From: a virus
Virus record (IMG/VR): IMGVR_UViG_3300037189_015081
Location: 32,001-96,000 of that record
Length of the DNA stretch: 64,000 nt
Reading direction: 5' to 3' (one strand)
Shown here piece by piece: positions 51,360 through 61,600 of this stretch. Below the pieces are notes generated by a model. It did not search any database and had not been told where the DNA came from. It worked only from the letters and a program-made list of their open reading frames with translations. Position 1 is the stretch's first letter; every line of letters begins with the position of its first letter. The translations under genes were made by a program, and so were the position numbers.

Positions 51360-51968
51360 GTGGTTCCCGTGTTGGTTAATGTTCCTACCGTTGACACGGT
51401 GTATATCAACCTTGATGATCGACCTGATCTGGACGCGCGGATGCGTGAGTTGCTCAGGGAATACAGGAGCGTGACAAGGTTACCCGCCACGGTTTGGTCG
51501 TTACCAGCGGCGGTTTCGATGAGTCACCGTCGTGCCCTTGATCACAATGCGGATGATAAACCATTGTTGATCCTGGAGGATGACTGTGTGCCTTTTGAGC
51601 CGCGCGCCTTGATCGAGGTTCCGGATGACGCGGACATTGTTTATCTCGGTATTTCGAGTATCCCGTATCTTGGTAACCCGGAGCGCAAGGAGGATTTTAT
51701 TAAACCGTATGAACCTGTTGACGCGTCCCGTGATGTTTGGCGGGCGTATGGTTCACTGCTTACGCACGCGGTTTTGTATTTGACGCCTCGCGGGCGTGAG
51801 TATATGCGCGCGGTGTGTGATTTTGCGATCAAGGTGAATGGTCCGCATGATTTTTATGTCGCGGAGTCATTGTTCACGGTCAAGGCGTACGCATTGAATT
51901 CCCCCTTTTTTGCGCAGTCCTCGCAGTTTGAGGTGTCGAATGGTACGCTCGATTTTTTCTATGACTAA
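51360..51968 (+). CDS. Glycosyltransferase family 25-like
   Basis: YINLDDRPD, SH, LILEDD, DIVYLG and THAVLY motifs; start uncertain. Confidence 0.75.
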   Translation: MVPVLVNVPTVDTVYINLDDRPDLDARMRELLREYRSVTRLPATVWSLPAAVSMSHRRALDHNADDKPLLILEDDCVPFEPRALIEVPDDADIVYLGISSIPYLGNPERKEDFIKPYEPVDASRDVWRAYGSLLTHAVLYLTPRGREYMRAVCDFAIKVNGPHDFYVAESLFTVKAYALNSPFFAQSSQFEVSNGTLDFFYD

Positions 51969-52003
51969 CATAACGGTGTACACTTCCCCGATATATTGAA
52001 TAA

Positions 52004-52504
52004 ATGAGTTCAACTGAGCGCCGCCCCGCGTATCGACAGGCGCTACCACCGCAGGAGGCGGAGCTGTTGAACACGCTTTTTGACGAGGAACTCTACACCC
52101 GGGTTCGCAGCCTGTTTGATGCTGGCTGGACGTTGCAGGCTATCGGTGACGCCTTTACACCGCCGCGCACAAGGTCAACGGTACGGTACTGGGCTACGCG
52201 TCGCCATTCACCGTCAACGCTGCCACAGGAGCTTCCTGCACCCAGGTACAAGGCTCGCGGGTATGTTTCACGTCGACCCAAGTCGCCTGGTATCCCGCAG
52301 GATGTTCGCGACCGGATCCTGAACCTGTCAAATGTTGCCCGTCGCTACCGGGCGAAGATGAACCCTTTGTCCCGCGAGGCTTTGGCCAATGAGGAACTAA
52401 CCAATCTTTGCACGTCACTGTACGAGGCAAATGTACCAGTCCGCGAACTTGCCGAGGCTGCTGGTGTCACCTATCGTGCAATGGCACGTCGGCTTGGGAG
52501 ATAG
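52004..52504 (+). CDS. Double-HTH DNA-binding protein
   Basis: GWTLQAIGDA...RSTVRYW and VPVRELAEAAGVTYRAMARR; leaderless start. Confidence 0.75.
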   Translation: MSSTERRPAYRQALPPQEAELLNTLFDEELYTRVRSLFDAGWTLQAIGDAFTPPRTRSTVRYWATRRHSPSTLPQELPAPRYKARGYVSRRPKSPGIPQDVRDRILNLSNVARRYRAKMNPLSREALANEELTNLCTSLYEANVPVRELAEAAGVTYRAMARRLGR

Positions 52505-52506
52505 AA

Positions 52507-52869
52507 ATGCAGATCATCTATGACGTGTTCCCGGCGCATGTCGCTGTTGCACCCGCTGGTTTATGCGAGCTTTCAGAGATGACCGCCTTTCCGCCACCGG
52601 AAGGGGCGTACCGCGTTGACAAGGCTCGCGTTGTTGTCACGGCAACGCATGTCATGGTCGCCAAGGACATGGATGGCGGGCCGGCGGTTATTTTTCGCGA
52701 GGAGTACAGTGAACTCGTGAAGAACAGCAAGGATAACGATTCATTTGTGAAAACGAGCTCCGGGAAGATGCTCGCGTTCCGAAAGGACACGACCTGTGGC
52801 TGTGGTTCGCGTCTTCGCGGCTGGAACCCGTTTACCGTGTTACACTCGTCAAGCGACCCGGCGCAGTAA
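52507..52869 (+). CDS. Hypothetical protein
   Basis: C-terminal CGCGSRLR.WNP. Confidence 0.7.
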   Translation: MQIIYDVFPAHVAVAPAGLCELSEMTAFPPPEGAYRVDKARVVVTATHVMVAKDMDGGPAVIFREEYSELVKNSKDNDSFVKTSSGKMLAFRKDTTCGCGSRLRGWNPFTVLHSSSDPAQ

Positions 52870-52878
52870 GGTAGAGCA

Positions 52879-53172
52879 ATGCCACAGGTTGATTTTTTAA
52901 CGGTTATCGTTCTCGCACTCGCCGTGTACCGGTTGTGCCGACTTGTCATCGAGGACACGGTGTTTAACGGCCTGCGTAACCTGGTCTGGTCAAAGTTTCC
53001 GCCGTCCACGCTGGTTGGCTACTGGTTTACCTGTTACTGGTGTACGAGCGTCTGGTTCGCATCACTTGTTGTGATTTCATATATGATTATTCCAGTACCT
53101 ACTTTTGTGGTTTCGCTTATTTTAGCGTTGTCCACGATTGTTGGTATTGTTGCCGCGCGGATTGACAACTAG
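52879..53172 (+). CDS. DUF1360-like membrane protein
   Basis: LAVYRLCRLV.ED...LR...TCYWCTSVW. Confidence 0.8.
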   Translation: MPQVDFLTVIVLALAVYRLCRLVIEDTVFNGLRNLVWSKFPPSTLVGYWFTCYWCTSVWFASLVVISYMIIPVPTFVVSLILALSTIVGIVAARIDN

Positions 53173-53207
53173 TCACCCGTTCCGTATACAGAGACGAGGA
53201 GAGTATC

Positions 53208-54965
53208 TTGGGAGTTTTTCGCCGCGAGGATGAGCCGGTTAACCGCGCCGCTCGCCGTGCCGCTGGTCAACGTTCGCAGCAGCCTAGCGTTCCAATTGTT
53301 CAGTCATTCCCGAACTACAACACGGCTAATTCCGCCGCGTTCTCTACCCCTCGTGCACTGACCGCTGCCGCGGCACAGATCAACCTTAATGATAAGGGTG
53401 AGGCTGAGCGGTTCCGTAATCGTCGCAATGGCGGTGGCGACTCCTGGCAGGATGAAGCCTGGGAGTATTACGACGCGATTGGCGAGATCAAGTACGCCTT
53501 TACACTTGTTGCCTCGGTTGTTTCGCGTATTCGTCTTTTCGCCGGGTACGTCGAGGACCCGAGCCAGCCTCCTATCCCTATCCGTGCATCTACCATTGAC
53601 GATGCGCGTCTTGCTTCGGCGGCTGAGCGTGCGATTGTGCGTCTTGACTCCGCCTATGGCGGCCAGGCTGGTCTTCTTCGTGACGCCGCCTTGAACCTGT
53701 CGGTTGCTGGCGAGTGTTACCTTGTTCAGATCCCTGAGCGTCTCGGTTCGGGTGTCCCTGAGTCATGGGATATTCGTTCAATTGACGAGCTTCGCGTTGA
53801 CCCTCGCGGCACGTACACCGTTGTTCCTCGCGGCGATGTTCAACAGGGTAGCGGCCAGAAGGGTAATGGCGGTTTCCCGCTTCCTAAGGGCGCATTTGTT
53901 GGTCGTATCTGGAAGGCTCACCCGCGTTACTCGGACGACCCGGATTCGTCGATGCGTGGTATCCTTGATCTCTGCTCGGAGCTGCTGCTGTTGAACCGTA
54001 CGTTCCGTGCAACGGCGCGCTCGCGTCTTAACGCTGGAGCCTTGTATCTGCCTGACGGCCTGTCCGTGGCAAGTGACGCGGGACCTGACTATCCTTACGC
54101 TGATGACGCCATTAACCAGGATTACACCCCGGAGGAGGCCGAGGACGAATTCGAGGAGCAGCTCATCGACGCGATGACAACTCCGATTCGTGACGAGGAC
54201 TCTGCGGCCGCGGTTGTGCCATTGATTATCCGCGGTCCAGCTGAACTCGGGGATAAAATAAAGCAGTTCAAGTTTGAGCGCTCATTTGATGAGGCGCTGG
54301 TTGCTCGTGCTGACCGTGTCCTTGAGCGTATTCTTCAAGGTATCGACGTTCCAAAGGACGTTGTTACTGGTCTCGCGAACGTTAAGTACTCGAACGCCTT
54401 GCAAATTGACGAGTCCTTGTACAAGGCGCACATTGAGCCATTGATGCTTTTGATCGTTGATGCTCTTACCGTTGTTTATCTTCGCCCGTACCTCTTGGCC
54501 AATGGTTTTGACCCAGCGCATGTCGAGCGTGTATGCGTCTGGTATGACCCGTCGCAGGTCGCGACGCGCAATGACCGCGCGGCTGACGCTGATTCGGGCT
54601 TTGACAAGATGGCTGTGAGCTTTGACACCTGGCGTCGCGCACATGGCTTCACTGACGCGGACGCACCGCAACCAACGGAGCTTGCGTTGCGTCTGCTTAT
54701 CGAGAAGGGCATGATCACTCCTGAAACGAGTGAGGCGATGCTCAAGGCGTTTGCTCCTGAGGCAATGGACGCGGCACGTGGCGCATCGCAGGCTTCCTCG
54801 GTTGCCCCGATCCCGTCTGCCTTGCAGGATTTGTTGAAGGGTGGAGCACCGGCTGCCCCGGTGGCTGAACCCGCGTCTGCGCCGGTTGAACCGCCTGTTC
54901 TCGCTGAACCTACCGCTCCTGCTGCACCGGAAGGGGATCAGGGTGAGCAGCCTGCAGGGTCATAA
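53208..54965 (+). CDS. Portal protein
   Basis: Lies downstream of TerL; WQDEAWEYYDAIGE..Y...SRIRLF, NLSVAGECY, RSRL..G.L.LP and SAAAVVP, as in actinophage portals. Confidence 0.8.
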   Translation: MGVFRREDEPVNRAARRAAGQRSQQPSVPIVQSFPNYNTANSAAFSTPRALTAAAAQINLNDKGEAERFRNRRNGGGDSWQDEAWEYYDAIGEIKYAFTLVASVVSRIRLFAGYVEDPSQPPIPIRASTIDDARLASAAERAIVRLDSAYGGQAGLLRDAALNLSVAGECYLVQIPERLGSGVPESWDIRSIDELRVDPRGTYTVVPRGDVQQGSGQKGNGGFPLPKGAFVGRIWKAHPRYSDDPDSSMRGILDLCSELLLLNRTFRATARSRLNAGALYLPDGLSVASDAGPDYPYADDAINQDYTPEEAEDEFEEQLIDAMTTPIRDEDSAAAVVPLIIRGPAELGDKIKQFKFERSFDEALVARADRVLERILQGIDVPKDVVTGLANVKYSNALQIDESLYKAHIEPLMLLIVDALTVVYLRPYLLANGFDPAHVERVCVWYDPSQVATRNDRAADADSGFDKMAVSFDTWRRAHGFTDADAPQPTELALRLLIEKGMITPETSEAMLKAFAPEAMDAARGASQASSVAPIPSALQDLLKGGAPAAPVAEPASAPVEPPVLAEPTAPAAPEGDQGEQPAGS

Positions 54966-55662
54966 CGCTGACGAGGACGCCGTTGTCACGGCTGCTGGTT
55001 CCAAGCCTGCGCCAAAGAAGGACCGGATTCACGGATCAAAGGTAAATAAGCCTGGTTCCGCTGAGACTGGCACAAAGGTGAAGTTTTCCGCACGCACCGA
55101 GGATCTGCTCCGTAAGAAACTCGAGGATCACAACAAAAAGGCGTCACCTGGTCGCAAGGCGACAATGGCGCAGCTCAAGGCTGTTTACCGTCGTGGCGCT
55201 GGTGCGTACTCGTCGAGCCACCGTGCTGGTGTTGGTCGTGACCAGTGGGCGATCGCTCGCGTTAACGCGTACCTTCACCTGTTGAAGAGCGGTAAACCAG
55301 CGAACTCTAACTACGTGCAGGATAATGATCTTCTCCCTGCGACCCACCCGCGCTCGACAAAGAACGAGGCGCAGGTTCTTATCGCGTCCGGTGTTCTCCC
55401 CGAGGAGCACGCGCTCGAGATCGAGATTCTCCCCGAGGAGGAGTACGCATCCTCCGAGGACGCCTTGCTTGCCATGGCGGAGATTTCTGGTGCTGGCTAT
55501 GAGATTATCCCGGCGCTACGCGCCGCGTGGCTTCGCGGGGTTCACGCAAAGGAATCACCTTTTGATCGTGCCATGTTGCTCGCGTCCGCCTTGTACGCCA
55601 GCGAGGACGCTGATCTTCTTCCACTAGTAAATGATGACACACGGGAAGGTTTTTACCTGTGA
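54943..55662 (+). CDS. DUF5824-like domain protein
   Basis: LKAVYRRGAGAY..SHR.G...QWA.ARVN; GTG start overlaps the portal end. Confidence 0.65.
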   Translation: MSSLQGHNADEDAVVTAAGSKPAPKKDRIHGSKVNKPGSAETGTKVKFSARTEDLLRKKLEDHNKKASPGRKATMAQLKAVYRRGAGAYSSSHRAGVGRDQWAIARVNAYLHLLKSGKPANSNYVQDNDLLPATHPRSTKNEAQVLIASGVLPEEHALEIEILPEEEYASSEDALLAMAEISGAGYEIIPALRAAWLRGVHAKESPFDRAMLLASALYASEDADLLPLVNDDTREGFYL

Positions 55663-58600
55663 ATGAGTTCCTGAACGCGCTGATCACGAAGATCGATGGC
55701 GAGCCAGTTAAGTCTACGGTCAAGCCACACGATTCTGCCTCGCTGCGTAAGGCTATTGCTGAGCTTGCCGCGTCAGAGAACACCCTGGTGCCCGCTGAGC
55801 GCCGCGTTACCGCGCGTGATATTGAAACCGTTGCTGCGCGTTCATTGACCGCGACGGCTGGTATGGAGCGCCAGGTTAGGTTCTTCCGCGCGTACCGTGA
55901 CGTTGCCGCATTTGTGTCAATGGCGATCCACGGCAAGGTTCGCGAAGGTGACGTGCGTAACCGTGATCTTCTCCCGGTTGGTCACCCGTTGTCTGAGCGT
56001 CGTCACGCCATGACCGCCTCCGCCCACGCCACCGCGTACGCGCGCTGGGTCGCGGCTGATCCGCGTATCGCTGAGTCCGCGCGCGAGCTTGTTACCTCGG
56101 CGTATCTTGCCCCGGTGTCGTCAATTGAGTACACACACGCGACGACGCGTTTGCGCGCGATGACGGCTGGAGCTGTTCCTCAGGATGTTCTTCTTGCCTT
56201 GTCCGAGACGGTTTTACCGATCATCGCGGTTGGTAACCCGTTTACAGGAAATAACTCGAGTCTTGCCCGTTCTCTTCGCGCGCGCATGCAGCACCGCGAT
56301 CGCCACGGCCAGTTTGCCTTCGAGGGCGGAGGTATCCAGTTCTTCCTGAAGTCGCCAAAGGGTGTCACATCGGTGACTGGTCGTTTTGCTGGTAACTCGT
56401 CAACGAGCAACGCGTTTATCGTCGAGGTGCACAATGACCCCGTGTTGAAGAACGGCTTGTATGCTGTTCCAGCGGCGGATTCCGAGGCAACAAAGGCGTA
56501 TCTGCCTTTACCTGGTGGTGCTGAGAACCAGGCGACATATGTGACACCTCCAAGCGGTGTAAAGGTTGCTGAGCTTGGTGATCTTACACCAATGCAGGCT
56601 CCGGATGGCTGGACGCTTATTCATGAGAAGAAACCCGGCGAATCTGGCCCTGACCGAGTGTATAAGACGGAGGACGGGTACAGCGTTGCTGTTTTTGACG
56701 CCGGTGCGAACAAGGACGAGGTCAACGGCTTTATTAAGGACGGAGCCAATCCGTACTTTAAGAGTGTAACAAACACTAAGTACAAGAAGGCGGAACCTGA
56801 CGCGGCAAGTGTCTGGTACAAGCCATTTGATCAAAACGCCGTGCAGGTACCTCAGGCAGCGGCTGGCAAATGGTCTTCGGACGAACCGTTCTACTTTACC
56901 TTCCGCGACGCGACGGATCACACGGATAAGCAGTGGGTCGGATTGTCGCAGTCCTGGGCAGACGTGAACGACCTGGTCCAGGCTGATCAGCCTAAGTTTG
57001 AAAAAGCGTATGGCGACATTGTCTCTGGTAAGGAAAGTGCCGCTCAGAAAAAGATCGAGCAGGACAAGCTTGACGCTGAAAACGCGAAGAAAAAAGAGGC
57101 AACAACCGCTGAAGTACTCGCACACAATGACGCGGCACGCGCGCAGATTGCTGCCAATCTCGCTGACGGTAAGGACGCCGTAGGAAATGATCTTCCTGGC
57201 GGTTGGACGCCTGTCGCAAATGACGCGGTGTTGAACCCGACCCCTAGTCAAACATGGACTAAGCCGGACGGGTCGCAAGGGGCGTACTTCCTTGAATCGG
57301 CAAAGATCGACCCGTCAAAGGCGTACTCGTACGAGTACACCAGCAATGGCGTAAAGTTCACTGTCACTAACAATGAGGACGGGTCGCTGCAGATCAACGG
57401 TGCGGACGCGCCTGACTGGAACGCGGCAATAAAGATGGCAAGCGAGGCTGCTGCTGGTAAAAAGGCCGCGGACATCTACGAGGCAAAGAAGGCTGTTGCC
57501 AGCTTTGATCCAAATGGCGATATCGCCGCCGCGATTGACGCTGGAGCGTCGCCATCAGAGATCAACGCGATGCTCGATGAAAGTCCGGAATATAAGCAGT
57601 TCCTGACGGGTCTTCACGGCGCCGAAATGGCAGATTTCCCTAATGCCGGGGACAAGGCGCTGATCGAGCAGAGCAAGCAACTGGGAGCCGCGATCCAGGC
57701 TCTCGGCACCCACGACACTGCACCGGGGCTTGATCCTGCATACGCCGACTACTCCGACGAGCAACTGCTAAAGGCGCTCAATGCTCGAATTGCTGAGGGT
57801 ACGTCAAGCGACAACCTAAAGAAGATCGAAAATCTTACCAATGAACTGAAGGCCCGCGGCGTAGAGAACATTCCTTCGCTCCAAACGGACGAGGAAAAGG
57901 CACAGGCAAAGGCTGAAGCCAAGGCGGCGGCGCAGGCAGGCGAGCCAGCGTGGAACATTCCTGACGGCGCATTCAAGCTCGTTCACCCAGAGGACTATCA
58001 ACCCGAGGGGCGCATTGACGAGGTTGCCAGTGACTACACTGATGACCCGAAGGTTCTTGCCAATAAGTTTAATGCAGCCGAGCTAAAGGACGCCCTCGCC
58101 GAGGCTGTTCTCGGTGTCAACGATAGTTTCATCGAGGACATCATTAATTCTCCTGTAGACGAGAACATTGACGAAGAGGCTGCACCGCAGAAGGGTAAGC
58201 CTGGTCCTAAGAAGAAGAAACCAGAAACCCCCGTCGAGGGGTCCGGTTTCGGTAAACTAGCGTTTAAGGGTGGAGACGAGTTTGTCCCAGCAGACGCACT
58301 GTACAACGCGCTCATTGAGCAGGGTGTCGATGCACAGATGTACCTGGCTGAACTGTACGACTACAACACTGGTGAAAATAAGAACGTCAGCATTCTTGAC
58401 GCATTCCGCAACAATAAGCCCGAAGAGGTCAAGGCCGCCGAGCCAAAGGCCGTAATTGACAACTTTGATCAGGGTGTTCCTCCTGCAGAGGATGTCGTGG
58501 CTAACCCCGATGCAGCGGCGAGGGTGGCTAATCTTTCGCCGGCCGCAGTTGCCCAGCTCGAGGAACTTTCAAAGCAGCCGGACTCTAATCCACATATCAA

Positions 58601-61600
58601 TGAGATCGCTGACTACGTTAAGAGCATCGAGGACAACAATGCGCCAATAAACCACTTTATTGGTATTATTGACAAGTTTGCCCCGTGGGCTATTGATGGT
58701 ACGCCAGAGCAAAAGGACGCCTTCCGCGCTCTGTGGGGTGTCATGCTTTCACTTGACGGTGGATACGGTAGCCAAGAGAATTACCAGGGCAGCGACTTCT
58801 ACATGACACTGCATGACGCGATCATGAAGTACCAGGGTAGTAGCCCGACTAGTGCGGAGTTTAGAAAGCTTCTTGCAGAGCTCGGGTCATTCGCGGACTG
58901 GAAGAAAGATAAGACTGCCATCGCGAATGGTAGCGTCGATGCTGCCAATAGCGACGGTATTGCCGCTCTCTCGTACCGACTTATGGCGCAGCTGAGTTCT
59001 CCAAACACCACCGATCTGTATCGCGGGATCCAAGCAAATGTTGGATCCGATAAGCTTGCCGCTTATACTGGTGAAGGAAACATTCTGTCCTTTGACCCTC
59101 GCTCATTTAGCACCGGTAGAAACACCGCCGCTAGTTTTGCTGGCGTTTTCGGTAATAGTGGCGAACTGGCTGCGGTTATTTTCCATATTCCTACAGGTGA
59201 CGGTGTCTCTGTAGGTGTTAGCGACATTTCTCCGTACCAGGAGGAGGGCGAGCAGCTCGCCTGGGGAAACTATAAGGTTGTCAGTGTAAAGAAGACGATG
59301 AATGGCGATAAGCCAATCTACGAGGTTACACTTGGCAAGGTTGACGAAAACGCCGCTGTTCTTAACGGGCAGTCAAGTGACTACTCGAAGCTTTTGACGC
59401 CAAATGAGGACGTCAGTCTTCCAGAGTTCGCGTACACACCCAACCCTGAACCGTACACGCCGCAGGGTATCAATGTCGACGGTGTGCCTGCTGGTGTAAC
59501 CGATAATCCTGCCGATATCGCTAAGCAGTTCGACGTGACCGAGCTCGAGCATGCCTTTGAGTCTGGTATCATCGATGGTAGCGGAAAGGCGATCCTGGAG
59601 TTCCCCGCCGATGGCGGATACATGGCCGTTGTCGATGTCGAGGCAATTCGCGACGCTCTGCAGATTCACGGCGTTGATACTAATGAGATCTTGAAGAGTA
59701 TCTCAAGTGACGAACTAATGGCTGACACCGCGCAGAGCCCCGTGAGTGCCCCTGAGAACAAGGAAGCCGTCACAGCTCCTGGAGTTGTTGACGTTTCTGG
59801 CTGGACAAAGATCGGCAACCAGGCTGGTTCTAACCCGGGAGGGTTCTACCAGGACGAGAATGGCAATAAGTACTACGTCAAGTATCCTTTGACTGATCTT
59901 CACGGCGAGAACGAGGCGCTTGCCTCGGAGCTGTACAAGCTCGCTGGCGTAGATTCTGCACAGCAGCTTATTGGTCGTGACGGGCAGGGAAATCTTGTCA
60001 CCGTGTCGCCGCTTATTCCAGACGCGAAGGCTGACATGGCTGATCGTTTGAAGAACCCGGACTACAAGAAGAAACTTCAGGACGGTTTTGCCATTGACGC
60101 ATGGCTCGCGAACTGGGACGTCGCTGGTCTAGGGTTTGACAATGTTGTCACTGACGCCAATGGTGATCCTGTTCGCGTTGACCCCGGTGGGGCTCTTCTG
60201 TTCCGCGCTATGGGTAACCCCAAGGGCGGTGCATTTGGCGATACCGTCCCTGAGCTCGATTCACTGCGTGACCCGAATAAAAACTCGAAGTCAGCCGCGG
60301 TGTTTGGTGACATGACCACCGAGCAGCAGATCGACTCTGCCCGCAAGTTGCTTGATATCACCCCGGATCAGATCGATCAGCTTGTTGACTCCATGATCAC
60401 GGATCCTGCCGCCCGCGACAAGCTCAAGTCGACTCTAAAGGCGCGTCGTGATTATATTCTGGATCGCTATGGCCTAAACGGTAACGCGCCTGAAGCGGCA
60501 CCGAGCGCGCCTGAGACAAGCGTACCCGAGACTCCTGCCGGTGAGGTAAAGCGTATCACGTCCGATGGTGCAGAGATTTCGATCGGCATGCAGGTTGGTC
60601 ACAAGAAGTCTGGCGAAACTGGAACCATTGTCAAGTACGACAAGGGTAACCCCAAGTACGTGTACGTACAGTACCCTGACGGCACAATAAAGAACACGTC
60701 AACAAACCAACTCGTATCCAAGAACAGCGGAGGTGGTGGTGGTAACGGCGGAACAGAGACCCCGTCTGCTCCTGAGACGCCATCAGTTGGTGAACCAAAC
60801 GCTGTCGAGACGCTGGCTAACCCAACCTCGACGCCTGATCTGCAGAAAACCCAAGGCGAGGAAGCGCTGACTCCTCCTCCTGGAGCGATGACGATCAAGG
60901 ACAGTACCGGCGGGGACGTTTGGGCTGGTCTTGAGGTTACCGATAAGAACGGTGCAACTGCAACAGTCGTAAGGGTCAATAAGGACAACTACGCAGAGGT
61001 TCAGTTCCCTGACGGTAAAAAGGCTTGGCGCTCTGGTAAGACTCTTACAGCCACAGGAAACCAGGGCAAGGCTGCTATCACGCCAGCAAAAATTAAAACA
61101 GGAAAAGTAACGCCGGCTGGAACAGCGCCAGTTGTTGTTCAGGAGCAGCTCGACTGGAACACGCCTCAGATTGATGGAACGCCCTCACTTGGTACTATTC
61201 TTTCCGATGTTGTAAATGGCACGGGTCCAAATCGCGGCATGGCCGGTGCATCCGCCGCTGTCGACAGTGACTCGATCGAGGACCTAGATGTTCGCGTCAT
61301 GCACGTCAAGGATGTAAATGGCACCGACGGCGTTCGTCTAAAGTTCAAGCTCACCGCGTGGGCTGGAAACAACAAGGTCAAGGAGCTTTTGAAGATGTCG
61401 GACGCGGAACTTGCCGCGGCCGGTGTCCAAAAGTTCAATGGAATTAAGATTGAAAAGATCATGGTAGACGCCAATGGCGTCGGCCGCGTCGTGCCCAATG
61501 AGTACGGATTCCAGGACTACGCGGGACAGGCGTTTAAGATCACGACACCCGACGGGATCACGATTACGCTGTATCGTGCAAACACCACCTCGGGATCAGC

